DNA from: Armatimonadota bacterium
GTDB taxonomy: Bacteria > Armatimonadota > Fimbriimonadia > Fimbriimonadales > GBS-DC
Length of the DNA stretch: 64,000 nt
Direction of reading: 5' to 3'
NCBI GenBank assembly: GCA_037444405.1
Contig: JBBIML010000007.1
Span: 160,001 to 224,000 of the forward strand
In this document: in pieces, positions 29,634 to 40,468 of the stretch
Layout: every line of letters starts with the position of its first letter
How positions within the stretch are numbered: the stretch's first letter is position 1
The notes under the pieces: generated by a model
What the model saw: only the letters and a program-made list of their open reading frames with translations
Told to the model about the DNA's origin: nothing
Databases searched by the model: none
Position numbers and translations under genes: made by a program

Positions 29634-31774
29634 TGTTGTGGACCTCCTCTATCGTTGGACTGGGTGGGAACCAGAATGGCTCCTGAAAGGGGGGGCATCT
29701 GCAGGCTCAGTTGCCCCTTCACGGCAGGGATGTTCCCCTGTCCGAAATCGTGGGTGCCCGCCTCGATGCGCCACTGGCTGAACCCATGCGGCGCGGACAG
29801 GCTCACCGTCTGGCTCTGCTCGCTGTTGTTGACGATCACAAGGGCGCACTCGTCAGGCAGTACGCGCGCGAAGGCGTAGAGGTTGCGAGCGTCGTCCATT
29901 AGCAGGGTCTGCCAGTCGCCGCGGCGCAGGGCGGGCGTGCGCCGGCGCACCGCAATCAGAGTTTTCACATAGTTCAGCAGGTCGCGCTCTTCCGCGTTCA
30001 GCTCCCAGCGCATCGGGCGGCGGTTATCGGGCGTGCCGCCGCCATCCATGCCGATTTCGTCGCCGTAATAGATGGCGGGTGCGCCTATCGCTGTCATCTG
30101 GAGCAGGAAGCCCAGCTTCACACGCCGCAGGTCGCCCCCACACTCGCGGCGGAAGCGTGGCGTATCGTGGCTGCTGAGCATGTTATACATCGCAAAAAGG
30201 CTCTGGCGCGGGTAGCGAATCAGCAGATTCTGCATCCGCTGGTCAAACTGCGACGGTTGAATGCGTCGGTGCGCAATCCAGTCCAGCACCGCGCCGCGCC
30301 AGAGGTAGTTCATCACGCTGTCGAACATATCGCCCTGCAGCCAGTGCCCTGCGTCGCCCCAGATTTCGCCGATCATCACCGCCTGCGGATTGATGCGCCG
30401 CACGATGGGGCGGAACTCGCGCCAGAAGAGGTCGGGCACCTCGTTGGGCACATCGAGCCGCCAGCCATCCAGATTGAACTCGCGCGTCCACCGCTCCACC
30501 ACATTTAGCAGATAGCGGCGCACCAGCGGGTTCTCGTGGCGCAGCTTGGGCATATAGGGAATGTTCCACCACGCCCAGTAGGGTGGGTTGCCCTCCACGC
30601 GCACGGGAAACCGCTCCACATAGAACCATTCGCGATAGGGCGACTGCTGCTGGTGCGCCAGCAAATCCTGGAAGGCGAAGAAGTGGATGCCTGCGTGATT
30701 GAAGACGCCATCGGCAATCAGGCGCATGCCGTGCTGGTGTATGGCTCCGGAGAGCTGGCGCAGGTCCGCCTCTGTGCCCAGCTGCGGGTCGACGCGCTCG
30801 TAGTCGTCCACATCGTAGTTGTGGTGGCTCACGGAGGCGAACAGAGGGTTCAGGTAGAGCGCGTCGATGCCCAGCTCGCGCAGATAGTCCAGCTTCGTTA
30901 GAATGCCTTTGAGGTCGCCCCCATAGAAGCGGTCGCCCTCGATGCGTCCTGTGAAATCGATGGGTGTCTCGTTCGGCGGGTCGTTGGACGGGTCAGCGTT
31001 GTAGAATCGGTCGGGCAGAATCTGGTAGAAGACGGCGTCCTGCACCCAGTCGGGCACCTCAAAGCGGTTCTCGCCGAGTTGGTGGCGGAATCGGCATGCA
31101 GGTGGCGGGCTGGCGGCAGGCTGTAAGCCCTTCGGCGTGAGCCACAGGCGCGTGCGTCCATCCTGCAGGCAAAACAGATACTCCAGATTCGCTTCGGGCA
31201 GGATGGCGCGGTAGTAAGTGTAGAGCGCGTCGTGCGCTGCTGGCTCCATGCGCTGGGAGTGTTGTCGCCCGTTGCGCCAGTAAACCAGCAGCACAGACTG
31301 CAGGTCATCCTTGCGGGCGCGCAGACGCAGATAGAGTGCGCCATCGACGGGATTGCGGTCGCGCAGGTCGCCGGGGTTGTGCTGGATCGCGCTGCGGGTG
31401 ATCTGTCCGTCGCCGATATGGGCGGGTCGGTTATAGCCGTCGGGTTCCACCCACACCACCGAGTTCCAGTTGCCGTTGCCGTCGTCGATGGCGGGCGCGT
31501 TTGGGTCGGTACGCCACTCGGTGCCGTTGATTACGAACTTATACTGGTGGGCGCCGGGCGGCAGTGGGAGTGTGAGCGTCCAGGTGAGTCCGCCGTCGGT
31601 GGTCTGCATCGGATGGCGACGGTACTGCCATTCGTTGAAGGTGCCTGCGAGGTACACCTGCTGGGCGGGCTGGGTCAGCACCAGTCGAAAGCGCACAGGG
31701 CGCAACGGTTCGCCTTGCGCCCAGAGCGCCATTAGCAGCCACACCATCAGCCAGCCCATCAGCGGCGTGCGCAT
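29630..31774 (-). CDS. Exported GH13 alpha-amylase/neopullulanase-like enzyme with an N-terminal CBM48-like domain
   Basis: Signal peptide; [36 protein letters not shown]. Confidence 0.9.
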   Translation of the reverse strand: MRTPLMGWLMVWLLMALWAQGEPLRPVRFRLVLTQPAQQVYLAGTFNEWQYRRHPMQTTDGGLTWTLTLPLPPGAHQYKFVINGTEWRTDPNAPAIDDGNGNWNSVVWVEPDGYNRPAHIGDGQITRSAIQHNPGDLRDRNPVDGALYLRLRARKDDLQSVLLVYWRNGRQHSQRMEPAAHDALYTYYRAILPEANLEYLFCLQDGRTRLWLTPKGLQPAASPPPACRFRHQLGENRFEVPDWVQDAVFYQILPDRFYNADPSNDPPNETPIDFTGRIEGDRFYGGDLKGILTKLDYLRELGIDALYLNPLFASVSHHNYDVDDYERVDPQLGTEADLRQLSGAIHQHGMRLIADGVFNHAGIHFFAFQDLLAHQQQSPYREWFYVERFPVRVEGNPPYWAWWNIPYMPKLRHENPLVRRYLLNVVERWTREFNLDGWRLDVPNEVPDLFWREFRPIVRRINPQAVMIGEIWGDAGHWLQGDMFDSVMNYLWRGAVLDWIAHRRIQPSQFDQRMQNLLIRYPRQSLFAMYNMLSSHDTPRFRRECGGDLRRVKLGFLLQMTAIGAPAIYYGDEIGMDGGGTPDNRRPMRWELNAEERDLLNYVKTLIAVRRRTPALRRGDWQTLLMDDARNLYAFARVLPDECALVIVNNSEQSQTVSLSAPHGFSQWRIEAGTHDFGQGNIPAVKGQLSLQMPPLSGAILVPTQSNDRGGPQQ

Positions 31775-31877
31775 CGTCCACCTCGTTGCGGGAGCGTTCG
31801 CGCCCTCGCGCTGAGAATTCGTATTCTCACCCTCTATTATAGCACATCCGCCCCGCTGTAAAGATATTCGCTGGCGA

Positions 31878-31946
31878 TAGGCATCCTGCCCGTGAGGTGT
31901 ATGGGCAAGATGCCCAGACTGCCGTAGCACGGGCATTCTGCCCGTG
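31878..31946. repeat. Palindrome family C (GGGCATCCTGCCC), three copies
   Basis: GGCATCCTGCCC, TGGGCAAGATGCCCA, CACGGGCATTCTGCCCGTG; also at 42052-42112. Confidence 0.7.
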
Positions 31947-31981
31947 AAACTGGTGAGCAAGACGCTCTGGCTATGCTGCAA

Positions 31982-32878
31982 TCAGTTATAACCAGCGGAC
32001 AGACCCCACATCGGCCAGTCTTTGCCGCACTGCATCTGGCTCGTAATCGTCCATGCCATTCCCCCGGGGAAGTACTGGAGAGGACTGGGGTCGCATCCGC
32101 CTGTGCCAACGCCTGCAGGTGGCGATTTTGCCAGAAAGTCGCGGGCGTTCAGCCACTTCGCGTGCCCGTCCACAAACACCAGCACGATGCCTTCCATATG
32201 AGGCACGGCTTTCTTATCGGGTGGACGGCTGGTATCGTCGGAGCCGAACCACCATCGACGCCACAGGTGCTGGTGCGCCATCGGGTAGGCGATTCGGTAA
32301 GGGCTGTTCTGCTGGGGCGAATAGACATAGTGGCGCACGCCGGGGAACTTGTCTTCCATCACCAGCATCGTCTCGGCGGGCCACTTGATGCCTGCCATCG
32401 TACCGCCCAGGAAGGAGTTGCGATAGTCGTTGGCGCCGCTCCAGGTATTGGTCGCGCCTGTGATGTGCAGCGCCAGCGCATAGCCGCCGTCAAAAATCTC
32501 GGCGTTCTGCTCCCACGCTGTACGATCATATTGGCGGCTGGGGCAGAAGAATATCTGAATATTTTTGACATACGGCCAGATCCAGTATTGCCACTTATAA
32601 TGGTTGACGCGCTGACCGTAGGGTCCGCTGCAGCCGACGGCGTTCGGTTGATAGGGAATGCGATTGGGAGCGATGCAGTCGTCCATGCGCGGAAAAGTTT
32701 CGTCCCAGTCATTCAGGTACATCTGGAGTCCCATCCCGATCTGGCGACAGTTAGAGACGCACTGGGTCTGGCGCGCCTTCTCACGCGCCTGGGCAAACAC
32801 CGGAAACAGAATGGCAGCCAGGATCGCGATAATCGCGATGACGACCAGTAGCTCAATCAGTGTGAAGCCTTTTTTCAT
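31982..32878 (-). CDS. Prepilin-type N-terminal / DUF1559 / H-X9-DG protein
   Basis: [38 protein letters not shown]. Confidence 0.9.
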   Translation of the reverse strand: MKKGFTLIELLVVIAIIAILAAILFPVFAQAREKARQTQCVSNCRQIGMGLQMYLNDWDETFPRMDDCIAPNRIPYQPNAVGCSGPYGQRVNHYKWQYWIWPYVKNIQIFFCPSRQYDRTAWEQNAEIFDGGYALALHITGATNTWSGANDYRNSFLGGTMAGIKWPAETMLVMEDKFPGVRHYVYSPQQNSPYRIAYPMAHQHLWRRWWFGSDDTSRPPDKKAVPHMEGIVLVFVDGHAKWLNARDFLAKSPPAGVGTGGCDPSPLQYFPGGMAWTITSQMQCGKDWPMWGLSAGYN

Positions 32879-32968
32879 CGTACGAGACCTCCTGCAGTTT
32901 GCATGATACCCCAATCGGCTGTTAAGGCTTTGTCAAGAGGTTGGTGCGGGCAAGGTATACTCCTGCGG

Positions 32969-33652
32969 GTGAAGGTGCGCTGGTTGTGGCTGGGGTTGCT
33001 TCTGGGGCTGACGGGCTGCGCACGGTTCCCCTCCACTCCTGCGGGGGCGGGTGTGCGCCGACTGGTGGTGGAACTGCGGGTCGAAGGGCGTATCCGACCT
33101 GAATATACCTACTTCGTGCTGTTTAATCTCAGCAACGACCCCACGGGTCAGCAGGGACCCATTCCGGTGGTGACCCGTCCGTGGGGCAACGGCTTTGCGG
33201 CGGGCGCGTTCACCCATTTTATGCGCTTCGATTCGACCCAGCCGCAGGGCGGCTACGGGCTGTATCGCGTGGTGGAAGGCTCCAACCTGCTCAATTTTGT
33301 CTATATCGGTGCGCCGCGCGTGTCGGAGCCTGTGGGCGCAAACAGTAATCGCCTGCGCTTCGAGATTGATCTGACGCAGTTCATTCCCGACCCTGACGCC
33401 GCGCGTGCGATGACCTATGTTCAGGTGAACTTTATCGCGACGGATCGTGTGCCGCTGGACCCGAACGACCCGACACCGAAAGCGTGGGACGCGCTGGGCG
33501 ACAGTCGCGTGGAGATCAACCGCTATCTGAACATTCGCATCGATCAGAACCGCATTTTTCGGAATGCGGACACGGGGATTGAGGTATCGGGCGATGTGGC
33601 GGATCCCGATCTGGATATTGTAGACTGGCGGATAGAGGTTCGGACGCTATGA
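32969..33652 (+). CDS. Hypothetical lipoprotein
   Basis: Lipobox LTGC after a hydrophobic stretch; GTG start 7 nt after TATACT. Confidence 0.75.
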   Translation: MKVRWLWLGLLLGLTGCARFPSTPAGAGVRRLVVELRVEGRIRPEYTYFVLFNLSNDPTGQQGPIPVVTRPWGNGFAAGAFTHFMRFDSTQPQGGYGLYRVVEGSNLLNFVYIGAPRVSEPVGANSNRLRFEIDLTQFIPDPDAARAMTYVQVNFIATDRVPLDPNDPTPKAWDALGDSRVEINRYLNIRIDQNRIFRNADTGIEVSGDVADPDLDIVDWRIEVRTL

Positions 33653-36006
33653 AGGGGGAGCGGCTCTCGCGTCTGGAGGTGCTGCGGGGTTTACGCTGGG
33701 CAACCTGGGATGCGGTCTTCTTCACGCTGTATGTGGCGTTGACAGGGGGCGCGTTCCAGATTGGGCTGGCACGATTGCTGGGTGCGAACGACTTCTGGCT
33801 GGGTGTGATCACCGCTGTGCCTGCGCTCACGGGCGCGATCCAGTTTCTGACGGCGTACCTGGCGGATGTGTCGCCCAGCCGGCGCCGGCTGGTGCTGCGC
33901 TATGCGTTCTGGTCGCGCCTGCCGTGGGTGGCGATTGCATCGCTGCCAATTCTTGATAAGTCTCTGCCCCGCAAGGAGCTGTTCGTCGCGCTGCTGATTC
34001 TCTCGGCGGTGTTCGGCTCCATCGCGGCGCCGGCGTTTCTGGCGTGGTTGACCGATCTGGTGCCGCCCGATCAGCGGGGGCGCTATTTTGGCAGGCGCAA
34101 TATGATTCTGGGGCTGGTATCGGCTGCGGCGGCGTTGCCTCCCGCGCTGTTTCTGGATCAGGCGGTGAAGTACCATCGCTTTCCGCCGGAATACGGGTTC
34201 GCGGTGCTGTTCACGCTGGGCGCGCTCTGCCTGTTTCTGTCGCTCTGGTCGCTCTCGCGGATGCCAGAGGCGCCGCGCGAGCCGTCTCCACAGCGGGGTC
34301 TGCGCGGGCTGATGGCGTTCTACCGCGAGCCGTTTCGCAGCCCTAACTTCCGCAATCTCATGATGTTCAACATCACCTTCGTGTTCGGGCAGATGTTCGC
34401 GGGGCAGTTCTTCACGGTCTATATGCTGGAGCAGATACGGATGCCCTACCTGATGGTGCAGATGGCGGGTCTGGTGGCGGCGCTGTTCAGCAGTTTGAGC
34501 ATGCCGCTGTGGGGCTATCTGGCGGATAAGTTCGGCAATCGCCCCCTGCTGTTGCTCGCTGTCTGGGGTGTGGTGTTTCTGCCGTGGTTGTGGCTATTGA
34601 CCCATCCAGAGCGTTATGGGTGGAGCGTGGGCGTGATTATGGGCATTCAGGTGCTGGCAGGCTTTTTGTGGGCAGGTGTCGGCTTGACCCAGTTTAATTT
34701 GAATGTGGCGGTGGCGCCAGCGGAGCAGCGGGCGCTCTATATGGGTGCGCTGTCGGCGGTGGTGGCGGCGGTGAGCGGGTTGGCGATGCTTTTGAGCGGC
34801 ACGCTGATGGAGCTGATGCGCCCGCTGGTGGCGGACCCGTATCGATTTTATGTGCTGTTCGGCGGCGCGTCGCTATTTCGGCTGCTCTCGTTGCCGTGGC
34901 TGGCACGGGTGCATGAGCCGGAGGGGATGCCCACGCGCTATGTGGTGCAGCGGTTGCGCTCGTCGGTGCGTCCGCGCGGCTGGCTGGCGATGCGCCAGTT
35001 GCGTCGCCGCGCGGATGAGAGCGGGCGCCTGCACGCCATTCGCACGCTGGCGGAGCAGAAGACCGCGCTGGCGGTGGAGGAGCTGGTACATGCGCTGCGC
35101 GACCCGTCGGGCGCGGTGCGGCGTGAGGCGGCGCGGGCGCTCGGCGCAATCGGCGACCCGCGCGCTATCCCCGCCCTGCTACAGATGCTGACCGACCCCA
35201 CCAGCGATATTGCGTCCGAATGCGCCGAGGCGCTGGGCAAGATAGGCGACCCGCGCGTTGTGCCCCACCTGCTACCCCTGCTGCAAGCTGACGCTATCGA
35301 GACACGCCTTGCGGTCGTGCAGGCGTTGCGCCAGCTGGGCGACGCGATCGCGCTCCCCGCTCTGCTCCAGCGGCTGCGCCTGTCGCCCGGACCGCTGGAG
35401 CAGTCGCGCATCATCGAAGCGATTGGCGCGCTGATTCCGCACGCAGGTGAAGCGGGCATCTCGCTTGCCGAGCTGGGAACCGTGCTGGCAGAATATTTGC
35501 AGTCGCCTCATGCAGAGGTGCGTGCCGAGTCAGCCGTTGCGCTGGCGAATCTGCCTCCTGATCCGAGTCTGACAGACCGATTGCGCCGCCAGTTGCAGGT
35601 GGAGGCGTCGCCGGCGGTTCTGCCCGCGCTAACTCGCGCGCTCGCACGGCACGGGAGCACAGACGACATCCCGTTATTGCTGGAGGCGTTGGGGCGCAGC
35701 GGCTCGCCGCTGGCGCGTCAGCAGATTGCGCTTGCGATTGCCCACCTGCTTCAGCGGGAGGAGGCGCTCTACGCGCTGCTGACCGCCGACGAGATGCACC
35801 GCGATCGACTCATCGAGCGGGCGCTGGCGCCGCGCCTGCGCGAGCTGCCCGATCTGTCCGACGCACTGCGAGCCTACACCTATGGCGACTACGGTTCCGC
35901 CATCCAGATAGTGCTGAACGCGATGCCGCGCCATCCGCGCCTGCGCTGGTTGCACCACGCCCCGCCCACCCTCGAAAGCTGGCTGCTGACAGTTAGCCTC
36001 ATCTGA
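33649..36006 (+). CDS. MFS transporter fused to HEAT repeats
   Basis: About 12 TM segments with WGYLADKFGNR; repeated VRREAARALGAIGDPRA-type HEAT motifs. Confidence 0.85.
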   Translation: MKGERLSRLEVLRGLRWATWDAVFFTLYVALTGGAFQIGLARLLGANDFWLGVITAVPALTGAIQFLTAYLADVSPSRRRLVLRYAFWSRLPWVAIASLPILDKSLPRKELFVALLILSAVFGSIAAPAFLAWLTDLVPPDQRGRYFGRRNMILGLVSAAAALPPALFLDQAVKYHRFPPEYGFAVLFTLGALCLFLSLWSLSRMPEAPREPSPQRGLRGLMAFYREPFRSPNFRNLMMFNITFVFGQMFAGQFFTVYMLEQIRMPYLMVQMAGLVAALFSSLSMPLWGYLADKFGNRPLLLLAVWGVVFLPWLWLLTHPERYGWSVGVIMGIQVLAGFLWAGVGLTQFNLNVAVAPAEQRALYMGALSAVVAAVSGLAMLLSGTLMELMRPLVADPYRFYVLFGGASLFRLLSLPWLARVHEPEGMPTRYVVQRLRSSVRPRGWLAMRQLRRRADESGRLHAIRTLAEQKTALAVEELVHALRDPSGAVRREAARALGAIGDPRAIPALLQMLTDPTSDIASECAEALGKIGDPRVVPHLLPLLQADAIETRLAVVQALRQLGDAIALPALLQRLRLSPGPLEQSRIIEAIGALIPHAGEAGISLAELGTVLAEYLQSPHAEVRAESAVALANLPPDPSLTDRLRRQLQVEASPAVLPALTRALARHGSTDDIPLLLEALGRSGSPLARQQIALAIAHLLQREEALYALLTADEMHRDRLIERALAPRLRELPDLSDALRAYTYGDYGSAIQIVLNAMPRHPRLRWLHHAPPTLESWLLTVSLI

Positions 36007-36078
36007 AAATCGCGTTTGTAAAGCGACAGGAAATCTGCGTCGTGCAGCGAAAAGCAATCCCACACGGGAGGTGCAACG

Positions 36079-37425
<1,347 letters not shown>

Positions 37426-37427
37426 TT

Positions 37428-37473
37428 CTCTCACCCCCAGTCCCCTCTCCCACGCTGTGGGAGAGGGGACTGA
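37428..37473. repeat. Palindromic repeat family A
   Basis: CAGTCCCCTCTCCCAC-GCT-GTGGGAGAGGGGACTG. Confidence 0.75.
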
Positions 37474-37542
37474 ACTCTGACGCAACCGTCAAACGCTGGC
37501 GCAGCTCGCGTCAGCTTGAGCGCAAGGAGGTACAATCTCAAC

Positions 37543-38481
37543 ATGAGGCACACGCACTTTCTGACCACCAGCGCGCGGGGGTTGAACCGCGACCATCCCG
37601 CGATGAAGATGTTCCAGAAAGCCAAAAAGCTGGGCGTCTGGGACCCTGCGGCGATCGATCTGACGCAGGATCGCGCCGACTGGCAGACCTTCACCGAGGA
37701 CCAGAAAGACGCCACCCTGCGCCTCATCGCGCTCTTTCAGGCGGGCGAGGAGAGCGTGACGCTCGACCTGCTGCCCCTCATTCAGGTGATTGCCCGTGAA
37801 GAGCGCCTCGAAGAGGAGATTTTTCTCACCTCGTTCCTGTTTGAGGAAGCCAAGCATGTGGAGTTTATGAGCCGCTTCCTGACCGAGGTGGCGGGCGTGC
37901 AGGGCGAAGACCTGTCGCGCTATCACACGCCGTCCTATCGCGCCATCTTCTACGAGGCGCTGCCGCAAGCCATGTATCGCCTGCTAACGGATCCCTCGCC
38001 GATTGCGCAGGCGGAGGCGTCGGTGGTCTACAACATGATTGTGGAGGGCGTGCTGGCAGAAACGGGCTATTATGGCTTCTACTCGGTCTATAAGCGTCGG
38101 CAGATGATGCCCGGTCTGGTGCAGGGCATCGGCAAGATGATGCAGGACGAGGCGCGCCATATCGCGTTCGGCGTCTACCTGCTCTCGCGCCTGATTGCCG
38201 AGCATGGCGACCCCGTGTGGAACGCGATTCAGGCGAAGATGAACGAGCTGCTGCCCTACGCGCTCGGCGTGGTGCAGGAGACCTTCGAGCCGTACGAGCC
38301 GAACATGCCGTTCGGGCTGGAGAAGGAGGAGTTCATCAACTACGCGATGGAGCAGTACATTCGGCGCGAGAATCGGCTGGCGCGTGCCCGCCGCCTGAGC
38401 CTGGAACAGCTGGATCGCGAAACGGAGGAAGCCGAAGCGGAGGCTGCGGAACTCACCGCCGCGATTGTGCAGGGGGTATGA
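37543..38481 (+). CDS. R2-like ligand-binding oxidase (R2lox, Mn/Fe)
   Basis: GEESVTLDLLP, EEAKH, VEGVLAETGY, DEARH; no RNR alpha subunit nearby. Confidence 0.88.
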   Translation: MRHTHFLTTSARGLNRDHPAMKMFQKAKKLGVWDPAAIDLTQDRADWQTFTEDQKDATLRLIALFQAGEESVTLDLLPLIQVIAREERLEEEIFLTSFLFEEAKHVEFMSRFLTEVAGVQGEDLSRYHTPSYRAIFYEALPQAMYRLLTDPSPIAQAEASVVYNMIVEGVLAETGYYGFYSVYKRRQMMPGLVQGIGKMMQDEARHIAFGVYLLSRLIAEHGDPVWNAIQAKMNELLPYALGVVQETFEPYEPNMPFGLEKEEFINYAMEQYIRRENRLARARRLSLEQLDRETEEAEAEAAELTAAIVQGV

Positions 38482-38490
38482 TACGCCCGG

Positions 38491-39240
38491 ATGCGCCGCT
38501 TCGCGATTGGTCAACCGGAATGGTCGCCGCCGCGCGTGCCCCTGCAGCTGCCGCTGGGGGCGGGCACACTCGGCTGGCTGCTGATGCTCATCCGCCGGCA
38601 GAAGCTCGATGTGCTGGAGGTCGCGCTCGCGCCGATTGCGCAGGCGTGCTATGACTACTGGCGCACGGTGGGCGATTTGGACGAGGCGGCGGACGCGCTG
38701 GCAGTGCTGGCGAACCTGATGGAGCGTAAAGCCGAACGACTGCTGAGTCCTGCGCCGCCGCCCGCCGAATCTGAAGCGGAGTCGGAACCGCTTGCCATCA
38801 GCCTGCCCGAACGGTATCAGCCCCTGATCGCCTTTTTGCAGGAGCGCGAGCAGGCACAGGTGCAAATCTTCTTTCGCGGCGAATCGCCTGACCCGGCGGC
38901 GTATGAGCTGCCGTTAGAGTGGGGTGTCGCCCTGCCCGACCAGCTCTGGCTCGCCCTGCGCCGCCTGCTTCAGCGCTGGACGCCCATGCCCGACGCCATC
39001 CCCGAACGACGCTACTTCTCCATCCACGCCTGCATGGTGGCGATTCAGGAGCGTCTACAACGCGTGAACGCGCCCCAGCCCTTCGAAGCCGTCGCCCAGC
39101 CTGCTCAAACCGTTCTGGAACTGCTGGTCTACTTTCTGGCAATGCTGGAACTGTGGCGACTGGGACGGATTGAGGTCGAACTGCAGGATGACGAAATCGT
39201 GCTTCGTCCAGCCTCGGGGTATCCTTTCGACGGATCGTGA
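38491..39240 (+). CDS. scpA: ScpA-like kleisin
   Basis: LLMLIRRQKLDV..KAERLL; C-terminal FLAMLELWRLGRI. Confidence 0.7.
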   Translation: MRRFAIGQPEWSPPRVPLQLPLGAGTLGWLLMLIRRQKLDVLEVALAPIAQACYDYWRTVGDLDEAADALAVLANLMERKAERLLSPAPPPAESEAESEPLAISLPERYQPLIAFLQEREQAQVQIFFRGESPDPAAYELPLEWGVALPDQLWLALRRLLQRWTPMPDAIPERRYFSIHACMVAIQERLQRVNAPQPFEAVAQPAQTVLELLVYFLAMLELWRLGRIEVELQDDEIVLRPASGYPFDGS

Positions 39241-39264
39241 AACAGCACCAGGGAGGAGAAACCC

Positions 39265-40458
39265 ATGCGACGCATCTATCAGCAACTGCTGCAGTTTCAG
39301 GCGGATAGATACTTTGTAACCTCGCTTTATTTGACTCTGTTGCCGCAGGAGCGTGCGGAGCGCCCGCCCGGCTACCGCATTCGGCTCAAGACGATGGTCA
39401 ATCAACTGCGCCACTGGCTGGCTGACCAGCCGATGGAGCGGGCGGTGCGCGAATCGGTGGAGAACGACTTCAAGCAGCTGGAGGCGTTCTTTGAGGAGCC
39501 GTCCAACACGTTGGGTCAGAACTCGTTGCCCGTGCGCGGGATGGCGGCGTTTGTCTGCTCAGCGAAGGGGCTGTTCGAAGCTGTACCGCTACCCTATGTG
39601 GAGCGCAACACGCTCGTGGTCGATCGCACGCCCTATGTGCGCCGCCTGATCGCGGTGGAGACCGACTTCGGCACGAACCTGCTTGCCGTGTTCGACCACC
39701 GCGACGCGATGTTCTATCTCATAGACACGCAGGGCATTCGCGAGGTGGAATCGTTTCGGTTTCGGCGCGAGCGCGAGGTGCTGCCGCCTGGCGTCTACGC
39801 CGTGCGCATACCGGGCGGTCTGCGCGGCATTCACGGCATGGGCGAGCATAATGTGCAGATGCTCAAACTGCACGAACAGCAGCAGCACCTGCGCCATATC
39901 GCGGGCACGATTCTGGAGATTCGGCGCACGCACCCGTTTGACCGCCTGCTGATCGCCGCGCCCGATGACCTCGCCAGCGCGTTCCCGGATTATCTGCACG
40001 ACTATGTGCGCCGAATCTACGCGGGGCGCATTCCCGCCAGCGATAAAACGCCCATCAACGAACTGTACGAGCGCGTGCTGGATCGGCTGACGGAGCTGGA
40101 TCGGGAGCAGGAGCAGACGCTGGTGCAGGCGTTGCAGGAGAGCGCGCCCGACCGCGTGGCGCTGGGGCTGGACGCCGTGCTGCAGGCGCTGCTGTGGGGC
40201 AATGTGCGCACGCTCCTGTACGACACCGACTACAGCACGCCGGGTTATCTGTTCTACCCATCGGGGCTGCTCGGCATCAAAGCTGACGAAGCGCCGCCCG
40301 ATACCGAACTCATCTGGCAGATGCCCGATATTGTGGACACGATGATCGAGCGCGCGCTGGAGCAGGGCGCCCAGGTGGAGCCAGTTCAGTCGGCGGAAGG
40401 GCGGGGCGCGATACGGGGCGTGAGCGCGCTCCTGCGCTACCCGATGCCCATCACATAG
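39265..40458 (+). CDS. Bacterial archaeo-eukaryotic release factor (baeRF)-like protein
   Basis: VTSLYL, FDRLLIA, GLDAVLQAL..G.V..LL, GAQVE, GVSALLRY eRF1-like C-terminal domain. Confidence 0.78.
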   Translation: MRRIYQQLLQFQADRYFVTSLYLTLLPQERAERPPGYRIRLKTMVNQLRHWLADQPMERAVRESVENDFKQLEAFFEEPSNTLGQNSLPVRGMAAFVCSAKGLFEAVPLPYVERNTLVVDRTPYVRRLIAVETDFGTNLLAVFDHRDAMFYLIDTQGIREVESFRFRREREVLPPGVYAVRIPGGLRGIHGMGEHNVQMLKLHEQQQHLRHIAGTILEIRRTHPFDRLLIAAPDDLASAFPDYLHDYVRRIYAGRIPASDKTPINELYERVLDRLTELDREQEQTLVQALQESAPDRVALGLDAVLQALLWGNVRTLLYDTDYSTPGYLFYPSGLLGIKADEAPPDTELIWQMPDIVDTMIERALEQGAQVEPVQSAEGRGAIRGVSALLRYPMPIT

Positions 40459-40468
40459 GAGGATTCTC

